A DNA stretch of 64,000 bases from positions 5,332,001 through 5,396,000 of the forward strand of contig OZ024754.1 of the NCBI GenBank assembly GCA_964016885.1, in the 5' to 3' direction. This document shows, piece after piece, positions 53,935 through 64,000 of the stretch. How positions within the stretch are numbered: the first letter of the stretch is position 1; every line of letters begins with the position of its first letter. Under the pieces are notes generated by a model, which was not told where the DNA came from, made no database searches, and was given only the letters and a program-made list of their open reading frames with translations. The DNA comes from Eledone cirrhosa (lineage: Eukaryota). A program made the position numbers and the translations under genes.

Positions 53935-55170
53935 TAGCTGCCGGTGATTTTCTTGGCAATTTGGTACACAGAGCGCATGACATTGCGTGCTGCAGCTGCT
54001 TCCGCCTCCTCCGCCTTACCCTCAAGCCACATTCGTTTGTCCTTTTGGGCGCTGCGTTTCATCTCCTTGTCCTTGTCAACATACTGCTGATATACCTTGA
54101 TGGCCTCTGGGGTAGTGGCATGCCTCTGCTGGTGTAGGGCTTTCCTTTCATTAATCAGCTGCCAGGTGTTGTCGCTGACCCAAGCTTCTCTGAGGGACTT
54201 CCTGTAGCCCAGGATTTCTTCCCCTGCAGCTTACATGGTCTTCTTCATTTCCTCCCACCAATTGACCGAGCCTGGTGCAGACTCCTCAAGGACAGAAAAT
54301 CTGTTCCTCAAAGCAGCCTCGAAGTGTGCTTCTGTGTCACCGTTCTTCAGCTTGGTAGTGTCGAAACGCCTTGTAGTGAGTGCTCTCTTCTTCTGCTTCC
54401 TCAGTCTGATTTTAAGTTTGGTAACAGACAGATAGTGGTCACTGCAGACACCTGTGCCCCGGTAGACTCGGACGTCCTGCAGGCAAGGAGCTCTCCAACT
54501 TGGGCCAATCGCAATGTGGTCTATTTGCGTCTTGGTCCTGTGGTCGTTCGAAGCCCATGTGACCTTGTGGATGTTCTTGTGGTCAAATAGTGACGAGCCG
54601 ATTTTCATATTGTTCATGGCACAGAACTGGACAAACCTATCCCCGTTGTCCGTGCGGTTTCAATAAGCATGGGGGCCAAGGACATGTTCAAAGACAAACC
54701 TGCTTCCCCCGATCTGTGCGTTCATGTCTCCCATGATGATCAGCATGTCATGACGTGGGGTTTTGTTCACAACATCTTGTAGTTGCTGGTAGAAAGCGTC
54801 CTTGTCATAATCGTTATGTTCGTTGGTTGGAGCATAGCACTGAGCTATGGTGACCTTTGCATGTGATGTGGTAAATATTGCTGTCATTAGGCGTTCGTTG
54901 ATAGGAGTCCACTCCTCAAGGGCACCACTGGCAGCCCTGTCCATGATGATTGCAACTCCATCTGGGTGGGTCCCGTTCTGACGGCCTGAGAACAGGATGG
55001 TCTTGTTTTCATGGACACACTTCCCAGAGTCAGTCCAGCGGACCTCGCTGAGGCCCAAGATGTTAATTTTGTAGGCCTCCATTTCTCCGATAACTTGCGC
55101 AAGTTTGGATGGTTGGTACATAGTTCTTATGTTCCAATATCCAATACGTGTGGTTGTTTTTGCAGACAGA
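53935..55170 (-). mobile_element. RTE-clade LINE: AP endonuclease domain plus linker, pseudogenised, RT absent
   Basis: IGYWNIRTMY...LGLSEVRW...CYAPT...GDMNAQIG...NG...TW...QIDHI...SDH. Stops at ~54660 and ~54231; linker [23 protein letters not shown]. Confidence 0.92.
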
Positions 55171-55173
55171 ATT

Positions 55174-55251
55174 CTTACGGGGTCGATAAAATAAAGTACC
55201 AGTAATGTACTGGGTATTTTGCTGGCCTTGTGCCTAAAGTAGAAACAATTA
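55174..55251 (+). mobile_element. SINE 3' fragment abutting the RTE 5' end
   Basis: Core plus tail. Confidence 0.85.
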
Positions 55252-55396
55252 TATACATTATAACACTTTTTTTAAAAAGAATTGTCCCTCTATTTGTTTC
55301 AATAATGTTATCTTTTCAATATTGTCACCTTGACGAATCAAAAAAGAGAAACAGACCTTTAGATATATTTTCCGTGCTATTTCCAACTTCACCTTT

Positions 55397-55457
<61 letters not shown>

Positions 55458-55476
55458 ATATATATATATACACATA

Positions 55477-55526
<50 letters not shown>

Positions 55527-55543
55527 CATACACACACACACAC

Positions 55544-55596
<53 letters not shown>

Positions 55597-55600
<4 letters not shown>

Positions 55601-55756
55601 TATAGAAGAGCTTCTACAGGACTAGAACTGTTTCATTCGTGAGAAATCATCAGATCTCCCTTTTGATTTATCACGAATGAAACAGTTCTAGTCCTGTAGA
55701 AGCTCTTCTACATTAAAACGTTTATACTCTGCTATGTTTAAACGTTTATACTCTGC
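55597..55756. mobile_element. Family A subfamily fold-back element
   Basis: Inverted arms ~55603-55650 / 55664-55710. Minus-strand core CUGAUGA UUUC UCAC GAAU GAAA CAG..CUG UA GAAGCUC; 5' stem I arm lost at the junction. Confidence 0.75.
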
Positions 55757-56296
55757 CCAGTTCTTATAATTTTCAAAAGTAGAATTGAGATGGAGGGTCT
55801 GTGGTTTTTCTCTCTCTCTCTCTCTCTCGCTCTCTATGTGATATATATATATAACGAAGGAATAGATAGATAGGTAAAAATATCAGTAGATAGATAGAGA
55901 CGAGCGGAAAGAAATACTGTGATTTAACAAAGCAAAAGTAATACATAAAGAAAAACTATGAACCACTGAAAGCAATATGAAGTAACTAACCACATCAACA
56001 GATTCAGCAGCACCACAATCAGAACTAAACAACAATAACAACACAACTGGTAACATGTGTGTGTATGTATGTATGTATGGATGGAGTATACGCATATATA
56101 TGTACATACACACTAATGCACACATATATACATATATGTTTGTATATATATATATATAAATGTAAATGAGAGGTATAGAGATTGTTTTAGCGAGAAGCTA
56201 TATATATATATATATACATATATATGCATACATCTGGTGCATCTATATATATGTAGACACACACATACAAACATATACCTGTATATATATGTATAC

Positions 56297-56349
<53 letters not shown>

Positions 56350-56924
56350 TTTATATATATATGTGTGTGTGTGTGTGTGTATATGTATATGTATATATAT
56401 GTATATATATATATTTATATTTATATATATATATATATACATATATATACACATATATATATAAATATATATATTCACACACACCCACACACACACACAC
56501 ATATATATATATATACATACATACATAGTTCATTTATGTCTTTAGCTAGCACTCTAAATACAGGACAGAAACAGTGGAAAAGTCAATTAATATATAAGAT
56601 AGTTTTGTGGCCACGTTCGTATCAGCTACTCTGCCACATAATAGGAAAATTGTATTCTAATTGTTTTATGGGAATCATATAGCCCAAAACCGGAATGATT
56701 CTATTGAATTTTTCTTACTATAATTGTATTTCCTCCTTTCAACTTAGATGCATGCTTGCAAGCTTAATTTAATATTTCTAGGTTAAACAGTTGTAAAGAA
56801 TGGATGAAATATTTAACAAACAAATGAACGAAACTATGAGGGAAAGAAGAATAGGAGAAAAAAAAATGTATAAAATGATCATGAAAAATACTTCGGAAGA
56901 CAAAACAAACCAAAGAGATACAAA

Positions 56925-56987
<63 letters not shown>

Positions 56988-57019
56988 ATATATATATATA
57001 AATATAAATATACCACCCA

Positions 57020-57055
<36 letters not shown>

Positions 57056-57200
57056 CCTGCAAACACACATACAGACACACACACATGTATATATATATAT
57101 ATATATTTGTGTGTAAGTACGTGTGAAAGTTTCTCTGCGTGTGTATGTGTGTGTTGACAAAAATAAACAGCGCTAGAACACTAGAATTAATTTGCATATA

Positions 57201-57292
<92 letters not shown>

Positions 57293-57590
57293 TGTGTGTG
57301 GGTGTGTAGATAGAGAGAGAGAGTGAGAGAGAGAGAAAGCGAGAGAGAGGGAGTGAGAGAGAGGGGGAGAAGTTATGAAACGCATTCTCTACGTTTTGCT
57401 TCTTGGTATGTTGTTGTTGTTGTTGTTGTTGTTATAGTAAATTGGATGAAATTCAGATTCATCTCTCGATTTGGAACATCTATATGTAAAACGAATAATT
57501 TCCTCGCTACCAATTGTAATGATGTTACTTCAGGTACTCTTATCACCCTGTAAACTTAGCGACACTATAAACCCTCTCTATCACATACGC

Positions 57591-57634
<44 letters not shown>

Positions 57635-57679
57635 TGCATGTCCACTATAACAGGATTAATTATGTCTAAACTAGAAGAC

Positions 57680-58354
<675 letters not shown>

Positions 58355-58355
58355 T

Positions 58356-58398
<43 letters not shown>

Positions 58399-58416
58399 CG
58401 AGAGAGAGATGAGAGA

Positions 58417-58488
<72 letters not shown>

Positions 58489-58817
58489 GGTGAGGGAGAG
58501 AAAGAGAGAGATATGGGGACGTTAGAGAGATAGCGAAATATACCCATTCTTTTCCATTACAGAATAATTGAATTCCATAAGACTGGCTTATATTTTATAT
58601 TTCATTATGCCGCCAAAGGCTAAAATTTGAAAAATTTTTCAAATTCGATTACAATATCTCAAGCTGGCTAAATCTTGCCAAAAGAGGAATATACGTATTC
58701 TCATGTATATTGTTATTTTAATGTTAGTTCTTCAGTTCTTTAGTTAGTCATTTATTAATGTGTTTGTTAGTTTATGTATTTATTTACGGCAGTAACACTG
58801 CAGAGACAATAGATGTG

Positions 58818-58903
<86 letters not shown>

Positions 58904-59010
58904 TGATTGATGAGGGAGTGGTTTTGGTTTGGATTGGATAGGTCTTATTTGAAATATTTGATGATAATAGTAGACGTTGACACAGAGAGAGAAAGAGAGA
59001 GAGAAAGAGG

Positions 59011-59084
<74 letters not shown>

Positions 59085-59430
59085 AGAGAGCAAAGACAGG
59101 GGAGGAAAGATATTTGGTGAGGAAGGTGAAATAGAGACAGAGAGAGAGAGGAGGAGATTCTTCGAGGTAGGTGAACCACTGAGAGAGGGTGATAGAGTGA
59201 GAAGAATGTGATAGATAGATAGAGATAGACAGAGATAGAGATAGGAAGGCGGGAGAGAGAGAGAATATTGCATTAGAAAGATTATTAGTGTTAAATCTAT
59301 ACTAAATCAACATGTAACTATATTAAAATTCTGTTTCTTCTCAATATACACACACAATATGTATATATATCGAAGTGATTGGATGATCTAAATATTGAGA
59401 ACGTTGAATTCCAAAAACACAGAGGCTATA

Positions 59431-59475
<45 letters not shown>

Positions 59476-59569
59476 CAAAGAGATATATATAATAAATATA
59501 TATATAATAAATATGGTTTTATAAAGATAATTTCCATTTATTAATATCATTGATATATATATATATGTT

Positions 59570-59774
59570 TCATTTTTTTTTGTTACATCCTCTGTTTTTG
59601 TTTTTCTTTACACGCAGAAATGCCCATTTGTACCGTCCTGTATTGTCCTCTGTTGTCCTTAATGTTATACTTTGTGTCAACCCTTTAACTCTGCCTTTCA
59701 TCCTTACGGGGTCAATACAATAAAGTACCAGTAATGCACTGGTAATTGCTGGCCTTGTGCCAAAAGTAGAAACA

Positions 59775-59822
<48 letters not shown>

Positions 59823-59950
59823 TGTTATTTTTTTTATTACATCCTCTGGTTTTTTATTACACGCAGAAATACCCATTTGTACCGTCCTGTATTGTCCTGT
59901 ACTGTCCTTAATGTCTACTTTATGTAAACCCCTGTGGTTAATAAAGAAAG

Positions 59951-59952
<2 letters not shown>
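59570..59952 (+). mobile_element. Two Tx1-like 3' UTR ends separated by a SINE fragment (59685-59820)
   Basis: ttacatcctctg...tacacgcagaaat.cccatttgtaccgtcctgtattgtcct occurs twice; the second ends cccctgtggttAATAAAgaaag into (ATT)n. Confidence 0.55.
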
Positions 59953-59993
<41 letters not shown>

Positions 59994-60396
59994 TTGTACA
60001 GTTAAGAGTAATATTTGTTGTTTGACTTGCAGGACGAAAATTCGTTGGGGAAAAAGTACTTCTCATTTCATATGTTTGTCCTCGTGTCCGAATGAAGGGT
60101 CAGTTTAAAAGTGCTTCCTCCAATATACAGTGGTTGCCCTAACTGGACCCCGAAACCATTGGTCGCACATGCACGTTAATTGTATGACACTTTGTTTATA
60201 CTATATATATACGTGTGTGTGTGTGTAAGTGTGTGTGTATATATAAATATATATATATGTGTGTGTGTTTGTGTGCGTGTAGAATGTGCCCCTCAGAGTA
60301 AGAGTGAGGGGCTCGTTCTACTTACATGGCTTTAAAAATGAGGCTTCTTGTATAATTGCAAACGAATATTATTATTAACGAATATTATTATTAATA

Positions 60397-60583
60397 TGGT
60401 GGATTGGCAGTATCGGTAGAGGGCCGGACGCCATGCTTTCCAGCATAGTTACGTCCCTTTACGATCTGAGTTCAAATCCCGCCGAGGTTGACTTTGCCTT
60501 TCATCCTTGCGGGGCCGATAAAATAAAGTACCAGTAATGCACTGGGTAATTGCTGGCCTTTTGCCTAAAGTAGAAACAATTAT
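60397..60583 (+). mobile_element. SINE, young family
   Basis: Full consensus. Confidence 0.9.
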
Positions 60584-61432
60584 TAATATTCGAAAAGCTC
60601 AGATTACACGGGGCTGTGGGCGGGCCCCATCGCGTACCAATACATTAGTTAAATACCATTCTTTCATCTGATACAACACAATAAAGACTAAAGTGTTTAA
60701 AAAAAATAAAAATAAATTCATGTTGAAGTCTTTATTGTATTCAGGCAGTAGAGCGATACCTTTTTTTTATTTATTATTATTATATATATATGTGTGTATA
60801 AGTGTGTATATATATATGTGTGTGTGTGTCTATAAGTGTGTGTACGTGTGTATACATATATGTGTGTTTGTGTGTAAAGAAAAACTGTATATATGATATT
60901 GTTTTATATTTTTCCGTGTATGTTTTTCTTTGGTTATTATTTGTTGTTTGTGTTTTTGTGCCTTTTGTCACAAGTAATTAGTCTGTTATTAAAATGTTTT
61001 GTTTACCTGTTTTCATTCTAAAATTAGAAAATGTTAAAACGCACCGTAAATCTCCATAAAAGACAATGATGAAATAAATTAAAATATGAAATGAAATGAT
61101 CTCTTTAATCACAGGTGAGATATTTGAAAAGCCTTCAATTGGCATTTTTAAAACATTGTTACTTAAAAACAATATATGAAGTAGCGACATTTCAGTTGAA
61201 TTAGATTTGATAAATATAAATATAAAATGAAAATAGATGAAGTAATAAAAAATAGATAAAAATCACGAGACATTCTTCAAGATTCATCACAGAGAACAAA
61301 CAAAGAAGACGAAGATTGAGACATATTTATATAAGATGAAATATCAAAATTCCTAAACAAATAAACAAAGTAACAAAACAAACAATTTAATTCTAAGAGA
61401 AACAAACAGGGAAGATTACTATAATAATAATA

Positions 61433-61945
61433 GTGTTTCTACTTTAGGCACAAGGCCAGCAATTACCCCAGTGGATCACTGGTACTTTATTTTATCGACC
61501 CCGTAAGGATGAAAGGCAAAGTTGACCTCGGCGGGATTTGAACTCAGACCAAAAAGGGACGTAACTCTATGCTGCAAAGCATGGGGTCTGACCCTCTACC
61601 GATACTGCCAAATAATTGTTTCTACTTTTGGCACGAGGCCAGCAATTACCCAGTACATTACTGGTACTTTATTTTATCGACCCCGTAAGGATGAAAGGCA
61701 AAGTTGACCTCGGCGGGATTTGAACTCAGACCAAAAAGGGACGTAAGTCTATGCTGCAAAGCATGGGGTATGACCCTCTACCGATACTGCCAAATAATAA
61801 TGGTTTGTTATATAGGCACAAGACCAGCAGTTTGGGGAGAGGGGAAAGTCGATTAAATCGACCCCAGTACGTTTCTGATAGTTTATTTTACCGACCACGC
61901 AATGATGAGAGGTAAAGCTAACCTTGACGGGATTTGAACTCAAAA
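61433..61945 (-). mobile_element. Head-to-tail SINE dimer (61433-61612, 61613-61795) plus an older SINE (61800-61945)
   Basis: Two ~180-bp copies share the private variant ctcagaccaaaaagggacgtaa. Confidence 0.9.
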
Positions 61946-62354
61946 ACAAAACAGAAAATATGAGTGGAATAGCAGCAACACCACAATAGCTAATAACTAA
62001 GAGAACAAGATAAAGGGATATAGAGACACACAATAGACTATCTAATAAAACAAACCAGACACACACAGACAGAACAAGCAACCGACTGGTAATAAGTAAA
62101 TAAACATACAAATAAATAAATAAACACATACGCACCCATTGAAATATCGCATGCGCAACCCAAGTACATAGCACACAGATCATAAAACAAGATGGTGTAG
62201 GACAGAAAAAAGGAGAGACACAAAATAAAAAAAATTAGTCATTTGAGAAGGTGACAGAATGTGTGGCGAAAGAGCTTTGACAATAAACAAATAAACAACC
62301 ATCCGGTTATTAAACTAACCAATTGAACATTTATAATCAATTAAAGTCAAAACC

Positions 62355-62469
62355 AACAGGTGCGTGTATTGGCAGCATGGACCCCTTATGGCAGCATGGC
62401 CCTCCCAAAGTATACCAATACCTGTTTCAACACACGATTTCAGATAAGAAATCTTGTGTGTAAAACGAA

Positions 62470-62470
<1 letters not shown>
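62355..62470 (-). mobile_element. Family C island
   Basis: Reverse complement gaaatcgtgtgttgaaacaggtattggtatactttgggagggccatg matches 13452-13497. Confidence 0.65.
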
Positions 62471-62509
<39 letters not shown>

Positions 62510-62652
62510 GGATACTATTTATGGTTATGTATATTTTCAACTTTCATATATATAAAGAGAGAGAGATAGATATACATATATATATATATATGTATATATA
62601 TATATGTATACATATGTATATATATATGTATACATATATATATATATATGTA

Positions 62653-62685
<33 letters not shown>

Positions 62686-63044
62686 GTATATCTATCTATA
62701 TATATGTATATATATGTGTGTGTGTGTGTAACTATGTTCTTTTGATTGTGTATTATCAGAAAAGGCCACTGCTTCAGTGATTGCCTGATTAGTTTTATGG
62801 TCTTCAAATAAAGCACCGTAATATTTGTGCCTACATGGTTCCGTATAAACTCTTCAAATTCTTCGCAAATGTCATACTTCCTTATTTATCTCTAGAATTT
62901 CCTTATCATTTTCCTTTGAACCTTTTACTTCAGTCTTTGCAAAACAAAAAAAAAACTCTTATAGCTGTTGCTGTTTGGTTTGTTGTTAATACTTCGTAGG
63001 ATTGTTTGAGTGGTTATTTTCGTTTATAGTCTGAATAATGATTT

Positions 63045-63610
63045 CGAATTTATGCTCAAGTCCAACAATTTGTTATGAGGAGGGGGAGGGGGGGTCGACT
63101 ATACACGCCCCTATATTTGACGGTTAATTTATTTTATCGACTTCCAAAGGAGGAAAAGTAACGTTGACCTCGAACGAATTCGAACTCAGCACATATATAT
63201 CCGAAACAAAGTATGCAGAGCATTTTATCCGAAGCTTTGATAATTCTATCTATCCATCACTCTGCGATTCTTAAATATAATAAGAATATTACGGTTACTA
63301 AAATTTGGCTAGAACCCTGTACATGTGTAGGGAGAATATAATTAATTATAACGAGTGCAATACGTCACTGGTATTTTATTTTTCGATGCTGAGAGGTCAA
63401 ATAATAAAGTTGGCATTGATGCATCGAAAGAAATAGGGGCTAAGCATTGTTTCCGACGCTCAGACGAATCTGCCAGCCCACACCCTAATAATACGAATTA
63501 TAATGGCTTCTGATTAAGGCAGAAGGCTGTGGGGGAAAGGGTTTGGGGGAAGGGGGCATGGTGATTAAATCCACACCAATACATTACTGGTGCTTTATAT
63601 TATCGACCTC
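63045..63610 (-). mobile_element. Cluster of three old, diverged SINE copies
   Basis: ttttatcgac, gttgacctcg, gaactcag and ctggtattttatttt motifs. Confidence 0.6.
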
Positions 63611-63754
63611 GTAATTGACTATTAATACAGTTGTTTTCTACGATTGGATTCCCATTTTCCAAATACATACACATGTATATACGCAAACACGCACCCACAC
63701 ACAAAAGCACGCACCACCCCACACAAACACACACACATTCACACATACACATAT

Positions 63755-63802
<48 letters not shown>

Positions 63803-64000
63803 GGAGAGAGGGGTAGAGAGAAAGTGACAAAAAAAGAGAGAGGATGTCCAAAAAAATGTATACATATTTTGATTACCTGTACAGGCAATATTTATTAGAA
63901 TGCTGTTGAAGTGTGTATACATTTTTGGGGACACTATATATATTTATATTTATATGTGTGTGTGTGTATGTGTGTGTGTGTGCGTGTGTGTGTAGATGTG

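Overview
AT-rich animal genomic DNA saturated with microsatellites: (TA)n, (TG)n, (GA)n, (TAA)n, (TAG)n, (ATC)n, (GGT)n. The abundant tRNA-derived SINE resembles octopus repeats as I recall them; this is recognition only, not a search. I found no host protein-coding exon, and nearly all long ORFs in the track are microsatellite read-through. The non-repetitive islands are mostly transposon relics: R4/Dong-type RLE LINEs stacked in (TAA)n, fragments of RTE, CR1, CRE and Tx1-like LINEs, about 25 SINE copies or fragments, two hAT/Charlie-type MITEs (one inside a 4x ~348-bp tandem amplification) and probable Helitron termini. The main signal is a set of short (100-400 bp) islands in (TA)n tracts, from several unrelated sequence families. 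Most carry a type I hammerhead ribozyme (HHR) fold ~50-120 nt upstream of the (TA)n junction, and many are fold-back palindromes whose turn lies at or near HHR stem II. I read these as ends of Penelope-like elements (PLEs) or non-autonomous ribozyme retroelements; no PLE RT or GIY-YIG ORF is present in the window. There is a 200-N assembly gap at 48589-48788.
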